This document shows positions 1 to 6,483 of a DNA stretch of 12,725 bases, piece after piece (the first letter of the stretch is position 1; each line of letters begins with the position of its first letter). A program made the translations under genes and the position numbers. Source of the DNA: a virus (Duplodnaviria > Heunggongvirae > Uroviricota > Caudoviricetes). The notes beneath the pieces were generated by a model. The model did no database searches. It was not told where the DNA came from and was given only the letters and a program-made list of their open reading frames with translations. The stretch is taken from the IMG/VR virus record IMGVR_UViG_2859827302_000006. One strand, written 5' to 3'.

Positions 1-1461
1 ATGAAAAAATTACTGCGTCTTTTTTTCCCGCTCTCGCTGCGGGTACGTTTTCTGTTGGCAACGGCTGCGGTAGTACTGGTGCTTTCGCTTGCCTACGGAA
101 TGGTCGCGCTGATCGGTTATAGCGTCAGTTTCGATAAAACTACGTTTCGGCTGTTACGTGGCGAGAGCAATCTGTTCTATACCCTTGCGAAGTGGGAAAA
201 CAATAAGTTGCATGTCGAGTTACCCGAAAATATCGACAAGCAAAGCCCCACCATGACGCTAATTTATGATGAGAACGGGCAGCTTTTATGGGCGCAACGT
301 GACGTGCCCTGGCTGATGAAGATGATCCAGCCTGACTGGCTGAAATCGAATGGTTTTCATGAAATTGAAGCGGATGTTAACGATACCAGCCTCTTGCTGA
401 GTGGAGATCATTCGATACAGCAACAGTTGCAGGAAGTGCGGGAAGATGATGACGACGCGGAGATGACCCACTCGGTGGCAGTAAACGTCTACCCGGCAAC
501 ATCGCGGATGCCAAAATTAACCATTGTGGTGGTGGATACCATTCCGGTGGAGCTAAAAAGTTCCTATATGGTCTGGAGCTGGTTTATCTATGTGCTCTCA
601 GCCAATCTGCTGTTAGTGATCCCGCTGCTGTGGGTCGCCGCCTGGTGGAGTTTACGCCCCATCGAAGCCCTGGCAAAAGAAGTCCGCGAACTGGAAGAAC
701 ATAACCGCGAATTGCTCAATCCAGCCACAACGCGAGAACTGACCAGTCTGGTACGAAACCTGAACCGATTGTTAAAAAGTGAACGCGAACGTTACGACAA
801 ATACCGTACGACGCTCACCGACCTGACCCATAGTCTGAAAACGCCACTGGCGGTGCTGCAAAGTACGCTGCGTTCTCTGCGTAGTGAAAAGATGAGCGTC
901 AGTGATGCTGAGCCGGTAATGCTGGAGCAAATCAGCCGCATTTCACAGCAAATTGGCTACTACCTGCATCGTGCCAGTATGCGCGGCGGGACATTGCTCA
1001 GCCGCGAGCTGCATCCGGTCGCCCCACTGCTGGACAATCTCACCTCAGCGCTGAACAAAGTGTATCAACGCAAAGGGGTCAATATCTCTCTCGATATTTC
1101 GCCAGAGATCAGCTTTGTCGGTGAGCAGAACGATTTTGTCGAGGTGATGGGCAACGTGCTGGATAATGCCTGTAAATATTGCCTCGAGTTTGTCGAAATT
1201 TCTGCAAGGCAAACCGACGAGCATCTCTATATTGTGGTCGAGGATGATGGCCCCGGTATTCCATTAAGCAAGCGAGAGGTCATTTTCGACCGTGGTCAAC
1301 GGGTTGATACTTTACGCCCTGGGCAAGGTGTAGGGCTGGCGGTAGCCCGCGAAATCACCGAGCAATATGAGGGTAAAATCGTCGCCGGAGAGAGCATGCT
1401 GGGCGGTGCGCGGATGGAGGTGATTTTTGGTCGCCAGCATTCTGCGCCGAAAGATGAATAA
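1..1461 (+). CDS. phoQ: Sensor histidine kinase PhoQ of the PhoP/PhoQ two-component system, full length (486 aa)
   Basis: Translation is recognised as enterobacterial PhoQ: two N-terminal transmembrane segments, periplasmic acidic patch EDDDDAE, HAMP region, H-box [11 protein letters not shown], and ATPase motifs DNACKY, DDGPGI, GQGVGL; ends in TAA at 1459-1461. Confidence 0.96.
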   Translation: MKKLLRLFFPLSLRVRFLLATAAVVLVLSLAYGMVALIGYSVSFDKTTFRLLRGESNLFYTLAKWENNKLHVELPENIDKQSPTMTLIYDENGQLLWAQRDVPWLMKMIQPDWLKSNGFHEIEADVNDTSLLLSGDHSIQQQLQEVREDDDDAEMTHSVAVNVYPATSRMPKLTIVVVDTIPVELKSSYMVWSWFIYVLSANLLLVIPLLWVAAWWSLRPIEALAKEVRELEEHNRELLNPATTRELTSLVRNLNRLLKSERERYDKYRTTLTDLTHSLKTPLAVLQSTLRSLRSEKMSVSDAEPVMLEQISRISQQIGYYLHRASMRGGTLLSRELHPVAPLLDNLTSALNKVYQRKGVNISLDISPEISFVGEQNDFVEVMGNVLDNACKYCLEFVEISARQTDEHLYIVVEDDGPGIPLSKREVIFDRGQRVDTLRPGQGVGLAVAREITEQYEGKIVAGESMLGGARMEVIFGRQHSAPKDE

Positions 1462-1675
1462 ATATGTCCTTTTATCACTATATCAAGACAAACCATTGAT
1501 TTAATTAAATAATCTACACTGAAAAAGTGCCAAAAATCGCAAATTGACTACACCATTAACTACACCGTTCGGTGCACCGTATGAAACAACGTGGAACAAA
1601 TAGACACAAGAAATATACAGGCGGATCATCTTTCCAGGGGGAAGCGCACCAATTCATGAGGGGCGTTAATGTCTA

Positions 1676-1945
1676 TATGGGGATCCCCACCTACCGGAAT
1701 TTTTTTCCGGTTAAACGTTAATCAGGCTGGTGGGCTTTACCTGTTCGGTAGGTGTTATGATTATCGTAATACCTTTCCCCCAATGGGGTAAAAGCATCAA
1801 CCGTAACGAAAGTCGTTATGGTTGCCACCGATACCCCAAATTTGGGTATCACGAGTAAGCCCCAAAATCTGGGTGTTACTCTTACTACCCAAACTACGGG
1901 TAGTTTCCGTAGTTTCATGGTCGAGTTGCAGATCTGCAACTCCCC
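1676..1945. other. Hairpin-dense non-coding region (perfect palindromes and tandem CCCAAA...GGGT stem-loops); candidate structured RNA or protein-binding array
   Basis: Palindromes TGGGGATCCCCA (1678-1689), CCGGAA-T5-TTCCGG (1694-1710), GATACCC-caaattt-GGGTATC (1830-1850), AGTAAG...CTTACT enclosing CCCA/TGGG (1854-1886), TACCC-aaactac-GGGTA (1886-1902), and the perfect 20-bp GAGTTGCAGATCTGCAACTC (1923-1942). The three overlapping ORFs of 60-76 aa here have no ribosome-binding site and do not look coding. Confidence 0.35.
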
Positions 1946-2077
1946 CATTAACCACAGGCGAATTTCCGCCTTCGGTCATTCCTTAATCATCTGCGTAATC
2001 ATAATGATTATTCAGCAAGCGCAATTTTGCGCTTTGCTTTAAGTTCAGCGAGTTACCGCGCCGACTTCCTCAAATTG

Positions 2078-2159
2078 AGGTTTCCGAAAATATCAACGGG
2101 TTAGGCTGGTTTCCCCGATGTTCGCCGCTGGCGAATTTCGAAAATATCAACCAGTTACC
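2078..2159. repeat. Imperfect direct repeats GGTTTCCGAAAATATCAAC / AATTTCGAAAATATCAAC, each next to a GTTACCGC motif
   Basis: Copies at 2078-2097 and 2133-2152; GTTACCGC at 2052-2059 and 2154-2161. The core GTTTCCG resembles the lambda cosB R-element core. Confidence 0.5.
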
Positions 2160-2436
2160 GCCGCAACCGCTCCGGCTTCTTCCAGTGGTACGTTATTTTT
2201 TCTTTCTCCCGATACAGTTCAACGCGGCGATTGTAGGCCAGCATTTCCAGAACGCGGATCCGTATGTCGCGCATATCAACATCATTAAGCTGGATACCAT
2301 CACGGCGCATCACCTCAGCAACAACACGCACATAATTTTCAGCGGTCACGCTGTCCGGCTGCGTGGCCTGTTCGTCATGCTGCTGGCTGATTCCGGCAAC
2401 GCGGCGGATTAATCGCAGTATTTCGGCTTCTGTCAT
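2155..2436 (-). CDS. Hypothetical protein (93 aa), last gene of the island before the non-coding terminus
   Basis: ATG at 2436 preceded by GGGGG 4-5 nt upstream; protein-like composition; the overlapping + strand ORF 2185-2412 looks like antisense noise. No recognisable motif. Confidence 0.55.
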   Translation of the reverse strand: MTEAEILRLIRRVAGISQQHDEQATQPDSVTAENYVRVVAEVMRRDGIQLNDVDMRDIRIRVLEMLAYNRRVELYREKEKITYHWKKPERLRR

Positions 2437-2470
2437 TGTGCCCCCATCGTTCTGATAGTCTGGTGTCGTC

Positions 2471-2535
2471 GGGTCCTTCCTGGAATTATGGCCCGTTACG
2501 GGGCGGCGACCTCGCGGTTTTTCGCTATTTATGAG
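2471..2535 (+). other. Lambda-type cos site (cos-1), cosN cohesive-end sequence GGGCGGCGACCT at 2501-2512, inverted relative to cos-2
   Basis: CCCGTTACGGGGCGGCGACCTCGCGGTTTTTCGCTATTTATGA matches the phage lambda cosN region and left-end leader with a one-base difference; the flank GGGTCCTTCCTGG resembles the lambda cosQ-side sequence. Confidence 0.75.
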
Positions 2536-2547
2536 CTTTTTTAGAGG

Positions 2548-2699
2548 GAGGTTGTTGTTTAATTGTTTGTCATATCCATTTGATAACTAAGTAAAAATAA
2601 AGAGCAATACAACAACCTGATAGTGTTTTTTTGATGCTAAAAATAAAAAAATGCTAATTGAATCAAATAGTTTTAAAAAAATACGTGGTTGTTGTATTG
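2548..2699. repeat. AT-rich region with three GGTTGTTGT elements (two direct, one inverted) on the cosB side of cos-1
   Basis: AGGTTGTTGTTT at 2549-2560; CAATACAACAACC at 2605-2617 is the exact reverse complement of GGTTGTTGTATTG at 2687-2699. Confidence 0.4.
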
Positions 2700-2729
2700 C
2701 GTATTTGATGGCGTAACAGAAAGTGATTT

Positions 2730-3170
2730 TTAACTTTGCTGTTCTGTAACGACTGATTGTTCCATGCTGGCACGGCGAACGCTTACGGCATGACGCCACC
2801 CAGCCAGAAAGCCAGCCATTTTATTTCGTGCCTTGCTCACATCTTCCGGTGAATAGCCGTAAATCTGCAAACCTTCATCAAATCGATGTTCTGTTTCTTC
2901 ACTGGAGTACTCGTCACGCTCAGATGAAAGCAGCCTGGCAAACATAATTTTTTCCAGCGCACTGGTTTCTACGTGATATCTGATGGCCTCAAGACGGCTT
3001 TTACCTGAAGACCAAAGCAATGTATGCCCGATGTGATAACCGCCAGACTTTCCGCGATCCGCATTAAGATACGGCATCCCCTGTTTGGTCCATGCGCGAA
3101 TAGTGGTTCTGTTAACCTTGAAATGTTCAGCTATTTCCTGCTGACTTACAAAACAAGCTTTATCAATCAT
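2730..3170 (-). CDS. Terminase small subunit homolog (lambda Nu1-like winged-HTH N-terminus); candidate packaging-redirection protein
   Basis: N-terminus QQEIAEHFKVNRTTIRAWTKQGMPYL parallels lambda Nu1 KKQLADIFGASIRTIQNWQEQGMPVL; ATG at 3170 with AAGGTA ribosome-binding site; cos-2 lies about 70 bp upstream, as in lambda cos-Nu1. At 146 aa it is shorter than Nu1 (181 aa). Confidence 0.85.
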   Translation of the reverse strand: MIDKACFVSQQEIAEHFKVNRTTIRAWTKQGMPYLNADRGKSGGYHIGHTLLWSSGKSRLEAIRYHVETSALEKIMFARLLSSERDEYSSEETEHRFDEGLQIYGYSPEDVSKARNKMAGFLAGWRHAVSVRRASMEQSVVTEQQS

Positions 3171-3240
3171 AATGTTACCTTAACCGCATGGTTAAATATT
3201 AATCAAGTGGTGGTGGTGTCACCTTCACGGAAAAACGTCA

Positions 3241-3300
3241 TAAATAGCGAAAACCCGCGAGGTCGCCGCCCCGTAACGGGTCCATATGCCGGAAAGGACC
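3241..3300 (-). other. Lambda-type cos site (cos-2) with cosQ-like flank, oriented toward the Nu1-like gene
   Basis: Minus-strand reading GGTCCTTTCCGG...CCCGTTACGGGGCGGCGACCTCGCGGGTTTTCGCTATTTATGA matches lambda cosQ/cosN/left-end sequence; cohesive-end 12-mer is the complement of 3260-3271. Confidence 0.8.
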
Positions 3301-3302
3301 CG

Positions 3303-3328
3303 TAAAAAAAGCCGGATTTCTCCGGCCT
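3303..3328 (-). terminator. Rho-independent terminator ending the capsid operon
   Basis: Minus-strand GCCGGA-GAAA-TCCGGC followed by T7, immediately after the stop of the 137-aa gene. Confidence 0.75.
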
Positions 3329-3332
3329 TGTC

Positions 3333-3746
3333 TCAGATGGTTTTCAGTATGCGCTCGATGTCGCCATCATCGCCCGGGTTTCTGCCGTCGTATGCCATGC
3401 CAGCTGAAACGGCTTGCGGGCTGTGCATGTCCATAAAGTTTTCAAAGGCTGCGGTAAGCTCCGGCGCAACCTTCTGGCGTTCCTGCTCTATGGTCATGCT
3501 AAGGATGCTTTTAGCCGTACCAACATCGATACAAGGCACGTTTGCCATTGCACGTAACAGCGGCTGATAGTCGTTATGCTCATGAAGCGCCATAATCGCA
3601 TCAGCGCGCGGCTTGTCCTGCTCTTCCAGTTTGTTGAGTTGATATACGGCCTCGTAGGTTGATAAACCTCTGTCAGCCATTGCCCGCGCTTCGGCTTTAA
3701 ATTTACTCGCCAGCGGTAGCGTCATGATGCTTTCATTCGTTGCCAT
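3333..3746 (-). CDS. Hypothetical protein (137 aa), last gene of the capsid operon
   Basis: ATG at 3746 with GGGGGA ribosome-binding site 4 nt upstream; 12 nt downstream of the D-like gene stop; protein-like composition; no recognisable motif. Confidence 0.65.
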   Translation of the reverse strand: MATNESIMTLPLASKFKAEARAMADRGLSTYEAVYQLNKLEEQDKPRADAIMALHEHNDYQPLLRAMANVPCIDVGTAKSILSMTIEQERQKVAPELTAAFENFMDMHSPQAVSAGMAYDGRNPGDDGDIERILKTI

Positions 3747-3758
3747 CGTTCCCCCTGC

Positions 3759-4094
3759 TTATCGGGCCAGCGGCTGAACGGATACGCCAGAACCCGCAAA
3801 GGCGGCGCATTTTTTCGCATCGGTGTCGACGCTCTCGGGCCAGTTCACGGCGGCGATATTAAAGATCCCCGTCTTGTAGCACTGTGCTGATTTCTGCTTT
3901 GACGTGTCCACGGGGTACGAAGTCAGATAAACAGCCTTTCCGGACGCCTGACCATCCCACGGCTTAAACTCGCCATTGTCCGCCAGCATCAGCGGGGTAA
4001 ATTCCTGAATGACGCCAGCATCAGCGGCAAAATGTACCAGCGTCGTGGATACCTGCTGACTGCCTGCAAATAACTCAATGTATGGAGTGTTCAT
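3759..4094 (-). CDS. Head decoration protein homolog (lambda gpD-like), 111 aa
   Basis: Size matches gpD (110 aa); C-terminal YKTGIFNIAAVNWPESVDTDAKKCAAFAGSGVSV parallels gpD [35 protein letters not shown]; ATG at 4094 with GGGGGA ribosome-binding site. Confidence 0.7.
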   Translation of the reverse strand: MNTPYIELFAGSQQVSTTLVHFAADAGVIQEFTPLMLADNGEFKPWDGQASGKAVYLTSYPVDTSKQKSAQCYKTGIFNIAAVNWPESVDTDAKKCAAFAGSGVSVQPLAR

Positions 4095-4105
4095 AGAATC
4101 CCCCG

Positions 4106-5161
4106 TTAACCAATTTTGACGGTAACAAATTTGCGAATGTCTGCCGGCACCGGCTGCGGTGCGCTGTGCGTCTGCACGTACTCAATCGCCGGATCGCCGT
4201 CCTCAATCCAGTTTTTCGGGTAGTACATGTTTTGCGTTGCGCCCGTTCTTACCGCTTCCTGATCCATAATCGCACCATAAGCAACCAGCCCTTTATTGTT
4301 GGTGTTGCCCAAGACCAGCAAATCAGGCTCAAGGAAATGTTTTTCGGTGCCGTCGCTGTCGGCGTATTTGCCGGAATAGACGATAAGGGCAATATCGCCC
4401 AGATAGCCTTTAAAGCTCACCACTTCGCCCAGGTTTTTACAGGCCAGTTCTGCGGCGGATTCTGAACCACGGGAAAGATCGTACAGTTCGCGGAATTTTT
4501 TAAAGCTGCGTAACGTGCGCCATACCTCAGCGCCCATAATCATGACGTTTGCGGGGCAATTGCCCTGATCCGCATAAAGCTCGATATCATAGATTGGATC
4601 GTGGGTTTCTTTGTCCTGCTCGGACCATTTACGGCCTTTGGCCTGCTCTATGATGTTGTTTTCCGGCATCTTCCAGTCGATTTCATAGCGTTCTATGCCT
4701 TCGCCCTCAATGATGTTTTTTCCGGTCGTTACCGCATTTACCGCCAGCCATTCAACACGCGCTTTAATAGCGTTTACCTGGCGGCGCATGTTGCCAGTAA
4801 TCAGGCGCATACGGCGATAGGTTGGGTCGTTAAGCTGTGCCGGATCTTCTCCAGCCATGCGCATGATGGTTTTTGTTGGATCGATTTCGTGCTTTGGCTT
4901 CATGTAGCCAGGTTTAATCGTGCTGGTTTCGTACCCTTTATCGCGCTGTACCTGGCTACCAACCATAGGCGAGCAAAACGCTGACATAGTGACTTCTTCG
5001 GTGTCCAGGTTATCCAGCATGATGTTTTGGGTGTTGAATGTCGCTACTTTCGGGAAAAACAGCGTGGTAAACAGCGGACTAAATTTAAATTCCGCAATAT
5101 CCCCGCGATTCAGGTACGCAAAAAGCTGGTGAGTGTTAAGTGCCGTTGCTTTGCCTGCCAT
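4106..5161 (-). CDS. Major capsid protein homolog (lambda gpE family), 351 aa
   Basis: Collinear motif matches to lambda gpE along the length: KPGYMKPKHEIDP, RRMRLITGNMRR, SFKGYLGDIALIVYSGKY, FLEPDLLVLGNTNNKGL, YPKNWIEDGDPA; ATG at 5161 with GGGGGTG ribosome-binding site. All + strand ORFs inside it are antisense. Confidence 0.9.
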   Translation of the reverse strand: MAGKATALNTHQLFAYLNRGDIAEFKFSPLFTTLFFPKVATFNTQNIMLDNLDTEEVTMSAFCSPMVGSQVQRDKGYETSTIKPGYMKPKHEIDPTKTIMRMAGEDPAQLNDPTYRRMRLITGNMRRQVNAIKARVEWLAVNAVTTGKNIIEGEGIERYEIDWKMPENNIIEQAKGRKWSEQDKETHDPIYDIELYADQGNCPANVMIMGAEVWRTLRSFKKFRELYDLSRGSESAAELACKNLGEVVSFKGYLGDIALIVYSGKYADSDGTEKHFLEPDLLVLGNTNNKGLVAYGAIMDQEAVRTGATQNMYYPKNWIEDGDPAIEYVQTHSAPQPVPADIRKFVTVKIG

Positions 5162-5367
5162 TATTCACCCCCATAATTTTTATGCATCCCAAGCGCCGCA
5201 AGTAAATAAGAGCGTACAAGTGAACCTATCGACGGCTCCGGCGTCATCAGCGGATCCAGTCCAGCCGCCACGCCAGCCTCATAGTTTTTTTTGTGGCGCT
5301 GCTTGAGCACCTCCACGATTTCGGGGCTTATGTACACCGAAACACCGCCTTTTTTCTCTTCAGCCAT
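5161..5367 (-). CDS. Hypothetical small protein (68 aa), first gene of the capsid operon
   Basis: ATG at 5367 with GAGGAA ribosome-binding site; its stop overlaps the capsid gene start (TAATG). Confidence 0.55.
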   Translation of the reverse strand: MAEEKKGGVSVYISPEIVEVLKQRHKKNYEAGVAAGLDPLMTPEPSIGSLVRSYLLAALGMHKNYGGE

Positions 5368-5402
5368 AGTAAGAAATTCCTCTTCGACTTAAAAAATCAT
5401 AA

Positions 5403-5452
5403 CTGGATGTTCATCCAGCTCTGATTATAATCATGATTGCATTTTGTGCAAT
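5403..5452 (-). promoter_or_regulatory. Putative capsid-operon promoter (TTGCAC-16 nt-TATAAT, minus strand) with a perfect 16-bp palindrome just downstream
   Basis: The -10 TATAAT is the complement of 5424-5429 and the -35 TTGCAC is the complement of 5446-5451; CTGGATGTTCATCCAG at 5403-5418 is perfectly palindromic. Confidence 0.4.
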
Positions 5453-5528
5453 GATATTGAGTTGTGTTGCAAATTATGAAATGATTATCCCGATCATGTG
5501 TGTCAGTGCACCAAAAAGCCTCATATGC

Positions 5529-5570
5529 AAAAGCCCGATAAGCCACCTCTGACCTTATCGGGCTTTTTTA
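5529..5570 (+). terminator. Strong hairpin plus T-tract, an intrinsic terminator for + strand transcription
   Basis: GCCCGATAAG-11 nt loop-CTTATCGGGC (10-bp perfect stem, 5533-5563) followed by TTTTTT; only AAAA precedes it, so it is weaker on the minus strand. Confidence 0.5.
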
Positions 5571-5694
5571 TCTGCCTGCAAAGATGTCGAACAAAAATTA
5601 ACCATAACCATCATCTTTTTTGCATCAAAACAATTAAAAACAATAAATTACGCTCATGATGATGATGACGATAAAATCACAAAAATGCGCTTTT

Positions 5695-5743
5695 TTCCGC
5701 GCCTCCCGCCCCGTGTTCAGGCCCACCCCGCCAGGAGGCCCCG
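5695..5743 (-). other. Degenerate cos-like sequence (cos-3) next to a copy of the cos-2 terminator
   Basis: Minus-strand ACGGGGCCTCCTGGCGG...ACGGGGCGGGAGGCGCGG aligns to cos-2 ACGGGTCCTTTCCGGCA...ACGGGGCGGCGACCTCGCGG, but the cohesive-end core is disrupted. Confidence 0.45.
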
Positions 5744-5767
5744 TAAAAAAGCCGGATTGCTCCGGCT
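5744..5767 (-). terminator. Rho-independent terminator ending the replication operon after the SSB gene
   Basis: Minus-strand GCCGGA-GCAA-TCCGGC followed by T6, 16 nt after the SSB stop; near-identical to the terminator at 3303-3328. Confidence 0.7.
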
Positions 5768-5782
5768 TCTGTCACTCGTCGC

Positions 5783-6205
5783 TTAAAACGGTATGTTATC
5801 CCCGTACGGATCATCATTCCCCGCCTGTTGTTTTGCCCTGTTCAGCGCGTCAGTAGCCTGGCCCTGTTGACCTTTTTTGCCGCCCAGTCGCGCCGTTCGC
5901 GCACTGATTACACTGTCTGCGATAACCTGCCAGCCCTGCCGCGTTTCTCCGTTCTGCCCAGTCCACTGGCTGATCTGCATGTTACCCGCCACGCTCAGGA
6001 GTTCACCCTTGCGGTGCCTTTCCAGTGCTTCGGCCTGTCTGCCAAATGCCAGGACGGATAACCACATCGTCGCCGTTCCGTCATCTGCCTGGCTGCACGG
6101 AAGGGGGACCGCCATACGTGCCAGCGTCATTGGTGTGCCCTTGCTGGTCTGTTTTACCTGCGGGTCGTCCACCAGCCGCCCGTAAGCTGCTATCTGTGCT
6201 GTCAT
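5783..6205 (-). CDS. ssb: Single-stranded DNA-binding protein homolog (140 aa)
   Basis: OB-fold-like N-terminal region, Gly/Gln-rich linker and acidic C-terminal tail ending DDPYGDNIPF (compare E. coli SSB DDDIPF); strong ribosome-binding site GGAGAGGTGG; ATGA overlap with the upstream gene. Confidence 0.8.
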   Translation of the reverse strand: MTAQIAAYGRLVDDPQVKQTSKGTPMTLARMAVPLPCSQADDGTATMWLSVLAFGRQAEALERHRKGELLSVAGNMQISQWTGQNGETRQGWQVIADSVISARTARLGGKKGQQGQATDALNRAKQQAGNDDPYGDNIPF

Positions 6206-6483
6206 GATTCCACCTCTCCGGTTTTAACGTTGATGGTTGTTACCTGTTCCGCTTCGGCAATCTCCCGTTCTGTCAGCGTGGCAAAGTTTGCCGCCGCCGT
6301 GGTCATGAATGCGCTTATCAGGTCGGGATGTTCCTTCGCGTATCCTTCCCGCGTGTGGCGGTCTATCGTTCTGATTGCCACCTTTAAGGTGTGCTCAGTC
6401 ATGTCTAACGCTTTATATTTTGGCTCTGTTCTGTCTCTGCGTTTTTGGGTCATTTCTCGCAACCTCTCACTTTTTCGCCTCAC
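6202..6483 (-). CDS. Hypothetical small protein; true start probably the internal ATG at 6453 (about 83 aa)
   Basis: Stop overlaps the SSB start (ATGA); the ORF 5-prime end overlaps the iterons, and the in-frame ATG at 6453 has a GAGAGG ribosome-binding site. Confidence 0.5.
   Translation of the reverse strand: MRRKSERLREMTQKRRDRTEPKYKALDMTEHTLKVAIRTIDRHTREGYAKEHPDLISAFMTTAAANFATLTEREIAEAEQVTTINVKTGEVES

Noticed and set aside
1718-2042. Three overlapping small ORFs (76 and 60 aa on the minus strand, 74 aa on the plus strand) in the phoQ-proximal region
   Set aside because: They overlap one another in different frames, have no ribosome-binding sites, and are made up of the palindromic hairpin sequences; they are better explained as non-coding structured DNA or RNA.
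1462-2150. A tRNA or tmRNA gene as integration target next to phoQ
   Set aside because: No cloverleaf with a T-arm GGTTCGAATCC-like motif or acceptor/CCA architecture could be traced by eye. The integrase is at the opposite end, so a target tRNA, if any, would lie beyond position 12725.
4166-5132. Plus-strand ORFs 4166-4465, 4601-4984 and 4920-5132
   Set aside because: They are antisense to the well-supported major capsid gene, have low-complexity odd composition and no ribosome-binding site.
5403-5418. The palindrome CTGGATGTTCATCCAG as a LexA (SOS) box
   Set aside because: The LexA consensus is CTGT-N8-ACAG; this site has CTGG...CCAG and the wrong half-site sequence, so an SOS box is not supported, although an unknown repressor could still bind.
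5656-6207. Plus-strand ORFs 5656-5856, 5828-6061, 5877-6185 and 6025-6207
   Set aside because: They are antisense to the SSB gene and terminator region, Pro/Ser/Cys/Arg-rich with no protein-like pattern; one starts in a run of ATG codons inside an AT-rich spacer.
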